Source: Flaccisagitta enflata
Taxonomy: Eukaryota
Assembly: GCA_965153355.1 (NCBI GenBank)
Contig: OZ231126.1
Span: 49,600,001 to 49,664,000 of the forward strand
Reading direction: 5' to 3'
Length of the DNA: 64,000 nucleotides
A program made the translations under genes and the position numbers. Below the pieces are notes generated by a model. That model was not told the DNA's origin and made no database searches. It was given only the letters and a program-made list of their open reading frames with translations. Of this stretch, positions 11,151-24,989 are shown piece by piece. The first letter of the stretch is position 1; each line of letters opens with the position of its first letter.

Positions 11151-13188
11151 GGGAAGAAAGAAAGAAGAAAGGATGAATAGAAAAAAAGTCAAAAAGGTAG
11201 AAAGAAAAGGGACGAGTATACGGAATTCGAAGCAAAAAGTAAACGGAGTAAGGAGAACTGTACGGATTTAGACATACACACACACATTCACCCACGCCAT
11301 CGCACGCCACCAAAACGTCTTTCATGAAGAATGGCATGTGAGATCCGCGCTTAGGAATGAAAAGAGAACGACAAAATAAATTTGTTTCTGCCACTTTTGG
11401 CGGCATTCATATCTCGGAAAGGGCTCCCGTCTTCCGATTCTGTGTAGAGTGTAGATTTTAAGGTATGACGCATCTCGCTCGGTTCCCGCGTCGTTCTCTC
11501 TGGCTAATGGCCGCCTCCAGGGACAATTCGTCATCCCTCAGCCCACTTTTAAAGCCACCAATCCGGCCGTACTTTGTTTCTTTCGAGCGTCGGCCTCAAA
11601 CGGACCTCACAGACAACGATGCTTTCATACATTAGGACCTCGGAGGTGTTTCTTTGTCCCACCTCGTTTCTTTTATTGTTTTATCTCAACATCTTGGATC
11701 TATTTCTCAGTTTCAAGGACCCAAATGATCTCGTTGAGGCTGACATAAATGATTGACTTTTATTTATGGAAAAGTAACCACTCTCAAAACTACAAGTCTT
11801 CAACCGAATGAACTAACCAACATGTTCAAAAAAGTGCCGCTGACCATCAGACAGTTTCCATTCTTCTCATTCTTTTTCTGTTTTTTTTTTTCGCACCACT
11901 CTAAGCTTCCCACCAACGCATAGCAAAATTTTTTTTTTTTTGCATCGGCACGTTGGCAACCATAAGCTGCATACACGCCCGCACGCGTGTGTACGAGATT
12001 TTACTTGTCTCATTTCAGAATAAAATTAAATGGATTTGGGTAAAGAGAACATTGTTTATCATCACCGTGTGGAAATTAACGTGCTGTCTGTGCAAAACAG
12101 TTTAAAATTACGTCGGAAAAAAACCCATCACGATCGCGCCATCAAAATCTCAACCCTCTTTCCCTTTCATAATCAACTATACAAAAAACAAAATAAAAAA
12201 GATATATCGGATAACATCAAGCTAACAGTAGAGCCAGAAAAATGGATACACAATTCATTTTTGTCATCTGATTGTTGGGTCAACATTGCTATAAAATTTT
12301 TTTACTTATCGATTTTTTATTGATTTATAATCGTTTTTAGTATCAAACTACTCACTCTTAAAAAGTCTTTCAAAAATACTTTGATAACTTATTTTTAATA
12401 GGTTAGTTTAAAATTTCACATTAAAAAAAAATATTCTAATCATTGCAAAAATCAATGTACATTGGGAAGGCAAGTTGTGTATCAAATTTTCTGTCGCTAC
12501 TGTTGTTTCCGCTTTGAATGAAATATCTAAAGACAAATGGCAGTTGCCGCATTAACGCCGCACGAGCTCTGCATGTGCGCCGCGTGCGTGACATCCAAGC
12601 GCCATGTGAGCGCCTCATGAGGCCCGCTTATGAGGCCCGCTCATGAGCCGAGCGGAGAGCTGTTCGGGCGACAAATGTGGTTGAGAGCGAAAGGTCGACC
12701 CTTTTGTACTTGGGAATGGCAACTTTTTAGCGTGGCACCAATGCGGAACAACCCAATTCAGGGTAAAGAAAAGCGAGGAAATGCAACAAAGGTTAAAGCG
12801 TCAGCCAACGAATATATGAGAAGAGAAGAGGAAAGAGGAGGGGAGGTGGGATCTGGAAATGGTAGGAAGGCCGAACGTTCAATTTCAATGTGGATATGAG
12901 GTGGTGCGGTGAGGAGCTGCGATGAGGGAGAATAGATAGGGCTGGGGATTGCATAGACGCTTAGTAAAGACTCGATACTGTCAGAGTTGCCTGCGATCGA
13001 TAATGCTAGTATTACCCATTTAGAATCTCCATTCGTAATTTCGTCACTGTCAGCATTGACGAGCAATTTTTGTATAATTGTTCCTGTCAAACAGCCTCAA
13101 TGGTTTGGTTATGGTTTCTTTCTTTCATGCGTTTCATCCGTGCTTCATCAGTAAACACGTCCACATAAATGTTGTAATACAACGTGGT

Positions 13189-13937
13189 TTTTAGTCGCAA
13201 CTCTACACCCCGTTTTGTCGGTCGGTCCGTCCATCGGTCACGCTTTACTTTTTAGGGAGTTTTGTGGCTTTTGGCCTCACTGCTCCTGCCCAAATGATCT
13301 GGTGACCTCAATTACGGCCCATGCCCATCCGCACGCGACTGGGGTGACCGTGTATCCAGCCTTGTTTTTGTAACAAATACTCCTTTTGTAACAAAGACTC
13401 TCATGCTAGTTTCAAAGCTTCACGGTAGCTATGAAACAAGGTCATTAGACATGAGTCGCGTGCATCGGCATTTTCACAAAAGGTCGGACAGACAGACAGG
13501 CAGACAGACTGGAATTTTCAAAATGACCCTTGAATTAGCGGTCTCCACCTGCCAGTGTATTTTCTGATGTTCAAAAGTGTAAAAAACGCAAAAAAAAAAA
13601 AAGCATTCAAAGTTATTTGTGACGGACGGACCGACCGACGGACGGACGGAACAGAAAGTAGCTTATAGAGTTGCGTAGCACGCGACTAAAAAGAGACAGA
13701 AAAAAGAATGAAGAATTGTCGGAAAAAATGTCAAAGTCAGTTTTCGACTTTTTGACATATTCGAGAGAAACATGGTTTTCATTTTTAGTCGCGGACTCTA
13801 CACCTTGGTCTGTCGGTCGGTCCGTCGGTCGGTCCGTCCGTCGGTCGGTCGGTCACATTTTTGAATTCCGAGCGGTATTCGCATTACTGCTCCTGCCCAA
13901 CCGTCCGCGACTAGATTGCCGTGTATCCGGCCTTGTT
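13189..13937. mobile_element. Cluster of three HINE-like elements (13189-13365 +, 13434-13690 -, 13783-13937 +)
   Basis: Each has a TTAGTCGC end, GTCG/GTCC repeats, CGCGACT subterminal IR, a hairpin and a CCTTGTT end. Confidence 0.75.
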
Positions 13938-15184
13938 TTATTGGGAAGTTGAGAAACTCAATCGAGCGATTGGTCCCTCAAACAAAATAGATAGGGTAAG
14001 TAAATTTGATAATTCTCTTTCATTTGGCGCCAAGCAGAATGCTCTACAACAAATGTTTTTCGCGCTATGATCTTTTAAAGATTTATTTATGAAAAACTCA
14101 AATTGAATTTTATTCGATTTATTATGATTTCAAGCAGGATTAATAAAAAAATGTATTTATGTTTGTTTGAGCATGCAAATACAAGAAAACACGTTCATGA
14201 GCATAGCTGCTCATCTGTGAGGGTGTTTTGAGCATTTTAGCTCATTTAGCTCATTTAGCTGTTTTTTTCTTCTGATTTTTAATGGAATAAATAAAAAAAT
14301 GTTTTGATGTGAGCATGCAAATTCAAAAAAGCATGTCAGTGAGCATAGCTGGTTGTCTGGTTGAGTGATTTTGAGCATTTTAGCTCATCTACGTCATTTG
14401 GCTCAGTCCTATTTTTCTCAGATTTCAGTGCAATCAGTACATAAAATTGCTTTTGATTTGATTTGCAGTGACTAAAAACAAGCTTGGTGAAAAATGATCA
14501 ATGGTTACGACTTTTTTCCTCAAGGCGACTGCCGCCATGACTGGTAGTTTCCATACGACGGTCGTATTACATTACAGCTAGACATTTGAGTTAAAGTTCC
14601 GTTTGCGTTGCCAAGTTAGAACAGTCTCGCCGGCGTAAAGGAATGAGGGGAAACAGAAAAAGGGGGGCTGGGGTTTGGTAGGGCCGTAGAGACGGGCCTC
14701 GGGTTTGACTTGGCTCGTTTCCTGAAGGCTTCATCAGGTTGTTAACTCGTGTTATCATTTTTACGCTTTGTTTGGAGGAGAAAATGTTTTATATTCGTTA
14801 CGATTGACCTTATGCATCCTACTGGCAGTGCCAGACCCAGCGATTCAACAGATGAACGGAAACAAACTTCAACTCACGGAAAGACTGACGAGTCATCCGA
14901 CCAGTCGTCAACACATGAGTGCGTTTCAAATGACAAAATAAAGAAGGTTGGGCATGGTAAGAAAAGTGTTATTTGACAAACGGATAGATATTGATCATAG
15001 ACCAACCAACCAACCAATCAACCAACAAACCAAAATCCGACGAAACAAGCGGCAAACGGGCGGTATGCAGCAATCGATCTAACTTGCCAGTCAAAAAATG
15101 AAACGTAAGGCGCATCGTGAGCTGCCGTCCAAAGGGGAGACCAATTCGATGGATTGAGTGAGCTCCAATCCGACAGAGGCAGAA

Positions 15185-15278
15185 TTCCGGCAAAGACCGG
15201 CAACCACGGCTAAAACCGGCAACCATGGCTAAAACCGGCAACCACGGCTTAAACCGGCAACCACGGCTAAAACCGGCG
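15185..15278. repeat. 19-bp tandem repeat (ACCGGCAACCACGGCTAAA, ~4-5 copies)
   Basis: Directly visible. Confidence 0.85.
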
Positions 15279-15332
15279 ATAGGAATCATGGAAATGACGA
15301 TTTACGACTTTCCAACGAAACAATGGAGACAG

Positions 15333-15424
<92 letters not shown>

Positions 15425-15980
15425 ATCAAATAAGAAATAATAGAAGGAAATAGATGGGTGTTCATTGGGGGAGGTTGAAGGAGTGTGAACGTATAACAAG
15501 ATGTGGGTAACGGGAAAAACAGCAGAGTCGCAGATTAGATAACTAGATTGTAAGAGATAACTTGTTTATCTGCATATCCAAACTTTATACGCTTGCCCCA
15601 TATGCGAGATACATAGTCGGATGTTGTCATCTGATCGACTAAATGGACGTTTTACTGCCCCGATAGTGTTTTTAAACCGATTATTCCCCCCCCCCCCTTT
15701 TCTACCCGTCGGAAAAAGGCACGGAGAGCCACTTGGGATCGGATATAGTATGGCCCAGAGAGGGAAAGCACAAGAGAAAAATGTTTTATTCAAATTCTCC
15801 GGAAAAGACGCCAATTACGTCAACCTTTAAATCGCGGTTCCCAATCCCAGGCTAACTCGACGCGGGTTCGAATAGCTCGTCGTTTGCATTATCTTTGCTC
15901 CCTCATCAACAGGGCGTTAGTCAGATCAAAACCGGGAAATCAGTCGGGAGAATCACGCGACAGCGAATGCCAAAATGTGT

Positions 15981-17645
15981 CACACAGTGATAGCTATCAA
16001 GCGACGACCAAGCATGTTTCACTCAGGCCACCTCGACCACCTAAAAACCACCTTTAACAGCTACACAGTGATAGTTATCAAGCAACGACTAAGCATGTTT
16101 CACCCAGGCCACCTCGACCACCTAAAAACCACCTATAACAGCTACACAGTGATAGTTATCAAGCAACGACCAAGCATGTTTCACTCAGGCCACCTCGACC
16201 ACCTAAAAACCACCTAAAACAGCTACACAGTGATAGTTATCAAGCAACGACCAAGCATGTTTCACTCAGGCCAACTTGACCACCTAAAAACCATCCAAAA
16301 CAGCTACACAGTGATAGTTATCAAGCAACGACCAAGCATGTTTCACTCAGGCCACCTCGACCACCTAAAAACCACATAAAACAGCTACACAGTGATAGTT
16401 ACCAAGCAACGACCAAGCATGTTTCACTCAGGCCACCTCGACCACCTAAGAACCACCCAAAACAGCTACACAGTGATAGTTATCAAGCAACGACCAAGCA
16501 TGTTTCACTCAGGCCACCTCGACCACCTAAGAACCACCCAAAACAGCTACACAGTGATAGTTATCAAGCAACGACCAAGCATGTTTCACTCAGGCCACCT
16601 CGACCACCTAAAAACCACATAAAACAGCTACACAGTGATAGTTACCAAGCAACGACCAAGCATGTTTCACTCAGGCCACCTCGACCACCTAAGAACCACC
16701 CAAAACAGCTACACAGTGATAGTTATTAAGCAACGACCAAGCATGTTTCACTCAGGCCACCTCGACCACCTAAAAACCACCCAAAACAGCTACACAGTGA
16801 TAGTTATCAAGCAACAATCAAGTATGTTTCACTCAGTCCACCTCGACCACCTAAAAACCACCCAAAACAGCTACACAGTGATAGTTATCAAGCAACGACC
16901 AAGCATGTTTCACTCAGGCCACCTTGACCACCTAAAAATCACCCAAATCAGCTACACAGTGATAGTTATCAAGCAACGACCAAGATGTTTCACACAAGCC
17001 ACCTGGACCACCTAAAAACCACCCTAATCAGCTACACAGTGATAGTTATCAAGCAACGACCAAGCATGTTTCACACAAGCTACCTCAACCACCTAAAAAA
17101 CACCTAAATCAGCTACACAGTGATAGTTATCAAGCAACGACCAAGCATGTTTCACACAAGCCACCTCGACCACCTAAAAACCACCCAAATCAGCTACACA
17201 GTGATGGTTATCAAGCAACGACCAAGCATGTTTCAAACAAGCCACCTTGACCACCTAAAAACCACCCAAATCAGCTACACAGTGATAATTATCAAGCAAC
17301 AACCAAGCATGTTTCATCCAGGCCACCTCGACCACCTAAAAACCAACCAAATCAGCTACACAGTGATAGTTACCAAGTAACGACCAAGCATGTTTCATCC
17401 AGGCCACCTCGACCACCTAAAATCACCCAAATCAGCGACACAGTGGTAGTGATCAAGCAACGATCAAGCATGTTCCATCCAGGCCACCTCGACCACCTAA
17501 AATCACCCAAATCAGCTACACAGTGATAGTTATCAAGCAACGATCAAGCATGTTCCATCCAGGCCACCTCGATCACCTAAAATCACCCAAATCAGCTACA
17601 CAGTGTTAGTGATCAAGCAACGACCAAGCATATTTTACCCAAGCC
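15981..17645. repeat. 81-bp minisatellite, ~20 copies
   Basis: The unit CACAGTGATAGTTATCAAGCAACGACCAAGCATGTTTCACTCAGGCCACCTCGACCACCTAAAAACCACCCAAAACAGCTA is repeated head-to-tail with no unique spacers. Confidence 0.95.
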
Positions 17646-17754
17646 TCCTCTATATGTCACTACCTAAGAGTGAACCATGGTATCAGCATAGAATTTCTAC
17701 AAGGAAAAGATTGAATTAGGTTGCGCATTGCTTTCTTTATCCATTCTTCATTTA

Positions 17755-18255
17755 CACCGTCTTCGGATCGGACTGTGAAATGCAAAACCTTTACAGCTCC
17801 TAAACCACTAGTAAAAAAGTCATGAAATTTTCAGTGAATATTGGTAACATGTGACGGTTTTTGCATGTCAAAGCTCAGATCATAGTATAGAAAAGGTGAG
17901 GGGAAAACAAAATATTGAATGAACATCCATTTTTTAAGTAAAATGGTTTTTTTTACCGTTTTTTTGGAAGGTGCTGTTTTTCTCTCAGAATATGCAGCAA
18001 ATAGATAATATACAAGTTAAAATCTGTCATCAATAATAAATCCTAGAGGAAATAGGTTAGAAATTGATCTTAATTAAAAATGGGTTTTCTTTCAATATTT
18101 TGTTTTCCCCTCACCTTTTCTATATTATGATCTGAGCTTTGACATGCAAAAACCGTCACATGTTACCAATATTCACTGAAAATTTCATGATTTTTTTTCT
18201 AGTGGTTTAGGAGCTATAAAGGTTTTGCATTTCACAGTCCGATCCGAAGACGGTG
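17755..18255. mobile_element. Tc1/mariner-type MITE, ~165-bp TIRs, TA TSD
   Basis: TA|CACCGTCTTCGGATCGGACTG ... CAGTCCGATCCGAAGACGGTG|TA. Confidence 0.85.
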
Positions 18256-18557
18256 TATGGGCTTTCAATGATGAGGTTGGATTACCAAGAAATAAAGAAA
18301 ATCAAAATGGGATTTTTTGGACATCTTCGCGACACTGATGAGGTTCGATTTAACCAAGAAATAAAGAAAATGAACATGGGACTATTTGGGCCACTTCGCG
18401 ACACTTTGGACACGTTGACATGAAACGTGGGAGATTATTTTCATAATTTGTATGCTTCGAAATTTCGAAATTTCGAAATTTCGAAATTTCGAAATTTCTA
18501 TCGTAAGATACAGTCAGCATGTATCTCTGTTGTTTAAATTGTGCGCAATCATTTAAA

Positions 18558-18697
18558 AACAAAACCGGAAACACGGAAATCCAGTCGCGGACGGTTGGGC
18601 AGGAGCAGTAATGCGAAAAGCGATTGCAATTCAAAAATGTTACGGACGGACCGACGGACCGACACGGCAAGGTGTTGAGTCACGTGTCCGCGACTAA
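18558..18697 (-). mobile_element. HINE-like element
   Basis: Same family as 13783-13937, in reverse orientation. Confidence 0.7.
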
Positions 18698-19027
18698 TAA
18701 CCATGGCGACAATAAAAATGGCCGCCTATTCAAACCCCTCCCCTGAGTTCAATTTTTTAACTAGCTTCAAAATTTTTTAGGTGGTAATAGAACTTCAAAT
18801 TTCTGGCTCACAGAAAAAACCAGAACTCAAAAAAGTTTACAAATGTACCCGTGGCATCAATTTTTGTGAAAGGCATCCAAATATGGATCTGCCAAATCAT
18901 TTTTTTTTGCATTTTTTGGTTTTTGTAATGTTTTACAAAAACTCATGCCACAGGCACAAAAATACACTTTTTCGAGTTCTGATTTATGCAGCAGGTCAAT
19001 AAGTTGTAAAACTCTCACACACTTTAA

Positions 19028-19175
19028 AACAAGGCCGGATACACGGCCAATACCAGTCGCGGACGGGTGGGCAGGGGCGGAAATGCGTGTTTTCCCACTT
19101 TTCGACTCGAGCGTGACCGACGGACCGACGGACGGACGGACAAAGCCTCTTATAGAGTCGCTTGTCCGCGACTAA
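19028..19175 (-). mobile_element. HINE-like element (related copy at 34229-34418)
   Basis: AACAAGGCCGGATACACGGCC ... CGCGACTAA. Confidence 0.75.
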
Positions 19176-19458
19176 AAATTGCCCATGTTTTAAAAAATTA
19201 TTTGTTAAAAGAAGGTGGGATGACAGGTGTTTAAGAGATAATTTTGCACATTTTCAGTAAAATCAACAAAAAGTATTGCAAAATTCAACATTTTTAAGTT
19301 CTGACTTTTTTGTTGAGTTGGAAATTTGATGAACTATCTTCACCTAAAAAATTATGAGACTAGTTGAAAAAATGAGCTCACTGTAAAAAATTGAAGTTAG
19401 TAAAAAAATTCAATCAAAAACTGATTCTACCTCCTTGTTTCAAAATCACTTCTATGAC

Positions 19459-19594
19459 TAGGAATGTGGAAGCGGTCGATTTTTGTGCCGCTTCCACCGC
19501 TTCCGCTTCTGCTTCCGCTTCCATTTTACAGTTCAAATACAAGTAGCTATCCCATCCTCCAAATTGGAAGCGGTCAATCGCTTCCACATCCCTA
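19459..19594. mobile_element. 136-bp hAT-type MITE with 8-bp TSD
   Basis: TCTATGAC|TAGGAATGTGGAAGCG ... CGCTTCCACATCCCTA|TCTATGAC. Confidence 0.85.
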
Positions 19595-21159
19595 TCTATG
19601 ACTACAAAAATTAACTTTTTTGAGTTCTGATTTTTTTGCTGAGTCGAATATCATCAATACTTTCTTCATCTTTGAAAAATTCCAAAGCAATGATAAAAAA
19701 AAGTCATTTTTTAATGTTCTGAAATAATCATTGTAAAAAGGTATTGATCAATTTGTATTAGGATACTGTTCACAAAAATTAATGTTGCGGACACAAAAAT
19801 CAACTTTTTTTAATTCTGATTTTTTTGCTAAATCAGAAATTCAAAATATTATCACCATCTCAAAAATTATGAAGCTAGTCCAAAAATTGAACTCACAGCA
19901 GCAAATTGAACATGGCGGCCATTTTTATTGTCGCCATGGTTAATCCTTATTTTTCTAATTCTCAAACGCAATCATGCTCTGTCGTGATCACGTGGCCAGA
20001 CAAATTCGAATCGAAAATCTTAAGTAAACGGCTTTCAAAGGAGTTATCCCTCATTTTTAAGTCGCTTGATAAGCGTCTCAAAAAGGAGTGTCCATAGGTA
20101 GAAAGATCCGTCGCTAGGAAATGAAGTGAAAACGGCCGAAATAGTAACTTTTGAGCGTAACTTCTTCTCATCCACAATCGACTACATACGGTGTTAAGGG
20201 CCAATGGAAATGGCATCGAAGAATTTTCAGCCCAATTTCCCACAGAGATTGATTGTTCGATCATTTAACTCCTCTCCGTCATCTTTACCAACCTTCGGAG
20301 ACTACACTATCATCGCTGTAACTTGCAGTCTTGCGCTTTTTATCTGTCGTCTTCATTACGGTCCAACAATGTCCGTTCCGTTGCGTGTCTGAGTGTGTCA
20401 GGCTGCCATCGTTAGTTGCGATTTGCAACCGTTTGTGTCTCAAACACGGAGCACAGTCGTTCATTTATAATATTTCTGAAATCAGTGGTGGGTTATTTTT
20501 GGAATTTTTTTTATGGCATGATATGACTAAACGTGTCATGCTGTTTCATTCTGTACCAATTTCATTCTTGAACTCGTCCCCGTTGAAAGAGAAAATGACT
20601 TTTAGTATTCGCTTTATTCACCCAATGCAGAAGTTTGTTTTCGTGCCCTTCACGGCAGTGTTCCAAGAAAAGTTTCATGCATGGTACCAAATGAAAGGTA
20701 ATGACATGGTTTATCACCTGAGAAGGGCTCAAGCTTGAGTAGCTACGCAATCCCACAAAAATGCAGCAAATATCGCTCTTTTATGTTTATATCTCTCTCA
20801 ATGGAAATGGTAAAATTTGGTAAAAGTTTTGGCCTGTTCTTATGCTTCGGTATATTGGTGGGAGTTGCCTAGTAAAATCATTTTTGCTCGCAACTCAACG
20901 CGTTTTGAAAAAAATGAAAACGAAAAAAATCAGTTCCTGTTTTTGACGGGAAAATGACTGGAGACCTAAACATCTTTTCTTGACTCAAGTCATTCGATGC
21001 TTATGTTTGTTATCGCGTTACCATGGTCACGCCATTCAGATAATCGTTTTAGTGCTGATTTGTGCATTATGTGTAGTGGATCTATGGCAGTTTTCATTAT
21101 GTAACCTTTCAACTGTGCACGCCGAAGAGATTTTGATTGCTGTTGATGCAGGGAAGAAA

Positions 21160-21212
<53 letters not shown>

Positions 21213-21317
21213 ACGAAGACAACAACAACAACGAAGACAACAACAACAACAACAACAACGAAGTAAACAACAACAACAACGAAGTAAACAACAACAACAA
21301 CGAAGTAAACAGCGACG

Positions 21318-21399
<82 letters not shown>

Positions 21400-21462
21400 C
21401 GATAACGAGAACGACGACGACAAAAACGACAAAAACAACAACAACAACAACAACAACAACAA
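21160..21462. repeat. (CAA)n microsatellite
   Basis: Directly visible. A similar degenerate block lies at 22514-22950. Confidence 0.95.
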
Positions 21463-21489
21463 TAGCCTTTGCTATAAAGAATTCACTTA

Positions 21490-21900
21490 CCACGCGTATC
21501 AAAAAAAAAGACGCACTTCTAAATGGCTCATTTAGCCATAAAGGTTCAGAGAAACTAATAAAAATCTTAGACCATTTTAAAGCCCTTCGAAAGTACTTTC
21601 ATTTGGCGCCAATCTGGTATTTCTATCTTTTTTCGTTTAGAAATGGCATTAGTTTGAGTAAAAATGTTGCCTGTTTCAGTTTCGCAATCCCTATGTAAAA
21701 TGTGCATTTCAGCAAAATAGTGCTTCTCTTTGCAGAGCTCTAGCTCCTAAACCGTTTGAGACACAGACCTGGGGTTGGTCTAGAATGAAAGATTTTTTGA
21801 AAATCTTCAAAAATGACTTAAGTGAAAATAGTTAAAATTATTTTTTTAATCTCTTTTAGTCATAAATCAAGGGGTGCGTCTTTTTTTTTGATACGCGTGG
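21490..21900. mobile_element. MITE with TA TSD
   Basis: TA|CCACGCGTATCAAAAAAAAAGACGCAC ... GTGCGTCTTTTTTTTTGATACGCGTGG|TA. Confidence 0.85.
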
Positions 21901-22847
21901 TATTTGTTTTAGCAAACATTTTTTTCACTACAGGCCGGAAAGCGAGGAAACTGCCAATGTTTAGTCGCCGTCACAGCAATATGTCAAGGTGTGAAATGTT
22001 GTCTTACACAGAAACATGAAAGCTTTAATCTTGAACTAAGGAAGCTCAGATAAAGAATTTTAATTGCCCCATGACGCAATGTCTGTCTGTCATTTTCACT
22101 ACTCTAAATGGATGGATAGATATATAAATCAGGACTTGGTCGCGTTTCTAGAATCTAGTCAAAGATTACCAAGTATTTAAGACGCTCACTCCGTTTGTTT
22201 GCTCAAAGTGCTCCTTTTCAACGGACTAGCGATTCTATAAGAGGCTTTGTGTGTCCGTCCATCCATCCATCCATCTCTTAGTATATCGGTCCATGATGAT
22301 CAAGTTGGAAAGTGTGAAAAGCGTATATCCGCCCCTGCCCACCCATCTGCAACTGGTGAAGGCCGTGTATCCAGCCTTGTTAACAGTTCACTAGGTCGCT
22401 CGATATGTTTGTTCACTTGAGCCAATCACTCCGCTCGCTCCACTCACTCGCTTTACAACAAATAGCAACTTAATAACAAATACAGAAAATACAATATAAG
22501 TACACCAAGATGAAAACAACAACAAGACTAACAACAACAACGCCAGCAAAATCATCAACAACAACAACAACAACCAAAACAAGAAAACAACAACAAGAAA
22601 GACAGCAACAGCAACATCAACAACAATTACAACTACACTAACGATTACAACTACAACAACAATAACGACAACAACAACAACAGCAACAACTACAACAACA
22701 ACAAGAATTACAACAGCAACAACAATTACAACAACAACAATTACAACAACAATTACAACAATTACAACAACAATTACAACAACAACAACTACGACAACAA
22801 CGATTACAACAACAACAATTACAACAACAACAACAACAACAACAATT

Positions 22848-22893
<46 letters not shown>

Positions 22894-22949
22894 CTACAAC
22901 AATAATTACATCAACTACAATTACAACAACAACAACAATTACAACAACA

Positions 22950-23408
22950 ATAGTCGCGAAAGTGTTAGATGGTCAGCGGTACCCGTGCCCTGCTTAAGTT
23001 GGTTGGGGGTTGAAGTGGATGGGGAGCAGAGCAGCGGCCGGGAAGTCGTTACGACTATCTGACACACATGGGGAATTTTCCTCCTCCTTCTTCTTCTCCT
23101 CCTCCTCCTCCCCCCTCCCCCAAGCCTCGAGGTCCATATCTCAGCCTCGAGGCCCATATCCCAGCCTTGAGACCCAAATCCCATTCTTGAGGCCCAAATC
23201 CCTTGAGGCTTGAATTTGGGCCCCGAGGTTGGGATTTGGGCCTCAAGACTAGGATTTGGGCCTCAAGGCTGGGATATGAGCCTCGAGGCTGAGATATGGG
23301 CCTCGAGGCTTGGGGGAGGGGGGAGGAGGAGAAGGAGAAGAAGGAGGAGAAAATTCCCCATTTGTGTGAAAGCATAGGTCATCGACCCCTTCGGGGCTGC
23401 TGCCCAAA
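22950..23408 (-). mobile_element. GGGCAGCGGCCCC-family non-autonomous element (HINE-like) with internal 20-bp repeats
   Basis: Shares the GGGCAGC(G/A)GCCCC ends and GGGTACCGCTGACCAT tail with copies at ~24990-25655, 28973-29540, 31295-31768 and 56044-56735. Confidence 0.65.
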
Positions 23409-23444
23409 AACAACAACATTTTCGATTCAAATTTAAAAAAAAAC

Positions 23445-24150
23445 ATTCTGGCCTCAATGTAGGGTGTTGTTGTTGTTGTAAATATGGGCACTTGACCCTA
23501 AAAAATGCTCAAAAATGGCCAATCTCAAAAATGGCCAATCTCAAAAATGGCCAATCTCAAAAATGGCCAATCTTAAAATTTCCAGAAGGGTGTATTATGA
23601 ATAATTACACTTGATTGTGGCTTCACAATAGGGCGTTGTCATTGAAAAAATGGGCATTTGACCCTAAAAACTGCTTAAAAATGGCTTTAAAACACCATTG
23701 AGGTTTGAAAAAGAGTAGGACAAATCTGAAAATTTACAGGAAGGTGTATTCTGAAAAGATACACTCAATTCTGGCCTCACTATAGGGCGTTGTCATTGAA
23801 AATACGAGCATTTGACCCTAAAAACAGCTGAAAAAGGGCTTAAAAACACCATTGAGGCTTGAAAAAGAGTAGGGTCAATCTGAAAATTTCTAGAAGGGTG
23901 TATTCTGAATAGATACACTTGATTCTGGCCTCACAATAGGGCATTGCCGTTGAAAAAATGGGCATTTGACCCTAAAAACTGCTTAAAAATGGCTTTAAAA
24001 CACCATTGAGGCTTGAAAAAGAGTAGGGCCAATCTGAAAATTTAAAGGAAGGTGCATTTTGAATAGATACACTCTATTCTAGCCTCACAATAGGGTGTTG
24101 TTGTTGAAAATATGGGCATTTGACCCTAAAAACTGCTGAAAAATGGCTTT
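23445..24150. repeat. ~154-bp tandem repeat, ~4.5 copies
   Basis: TTCTGGCCTCACAATAGGG...CATTTGACCCTAAAAAC recurs at ~23447, 23615, 23769, 23923 and 24077. Confidence 0.85.
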
Positions 24151-24623
24151 AACACGCCTTTATGTCCATGAAACCCTTTACTGAGGACAAATGACTTCTG
24201 CTACCACTTATTGCAACCCTTAGGCTACAGTTAGGCTAAACAAATATATTTTTTTCAAAAGAAAATTTTTTACCTATTTTTAAGATGCCCTTAAGGCGAT
24301 TTCCTTAAGTGACAGAAAAAATTAAACATCACCATTGGATTTCCCGTGTCTGAAATAGGTCACTATGAGAAAATTGGGATTTTAGTGCACTTTTTATTTT
24401 TTGGAACCACTGTGCGGAGTGAGTTGTTACCGGCAGAGTAGAAAAAGTTGTGTCTCAAAGGTGAAGAGAGTTAATTAGAAAGAATATTTTTTCCTCGTCA
24501 CTTTCACCGAAGATGACAAGTAACATGAGTTCTTTTATGGCTTTTCCCGCCGCAGAAAAAAGTAGAACATAGTAATTTTTTTTCTGATGTTTTTTCAATA
24601 TCTTGTTCGAAAGAAAAGGCATT

Positions 24624-24725
<102 letters not shown>

Positions 24726-24989
24726 ATAAGAGGATGCATAGTAACAGACTGAGGTTGCGGTATGGGGAGGTTGGAAGCAATAAGGAGTGGACATTTTTTG
24801 TCATATGTTAAGTACATTAAGGGGGTGGGTATCACCAGTGGGAAAGTCGAACTGGTGAGAATTTGATTAAAAAAAGATTCTCACCAGTGGGATGAAAAAA
24901 CCATCTCACTGGTGAGAATTTTTTTTTAAACAAATTCTCACCAGTGGGAAGAATCAAATTCTCACCAGTGGGAAAGGAAATAAAGGAAG

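Larger units (their letters stand above)
18698..19942. mobile_element. Non-autonomous TIR element (TAACC-ended group) with two nested insertions
   Basis: TAACCATGGCGACAATAAAAATGGCCGCC ... GGCGGCCATTTTTATTGTCGCCATGGTTA. Confidence 0.8.

Noticed and set aside
12758-13090. 110-aa minus ORF of complex sequence
   Set aside because: No recognisable motif, so it cannot be supported without a search.
15981-17645. CRISPR array or RSS array (each unit contains CACAGTG)
   Set aside because: No unique spacers, no cas genes and a eukaryotic context. There is no good nonamer at 12 or 23 spacing.
18267-18365. Hammerhead-like CTGATGAGGTT..AACC..GAAA in a ~70-bp duplication
   Set aside because: Two extra bases sit between stem II and GAAA, and there is no convincing stem I or III.
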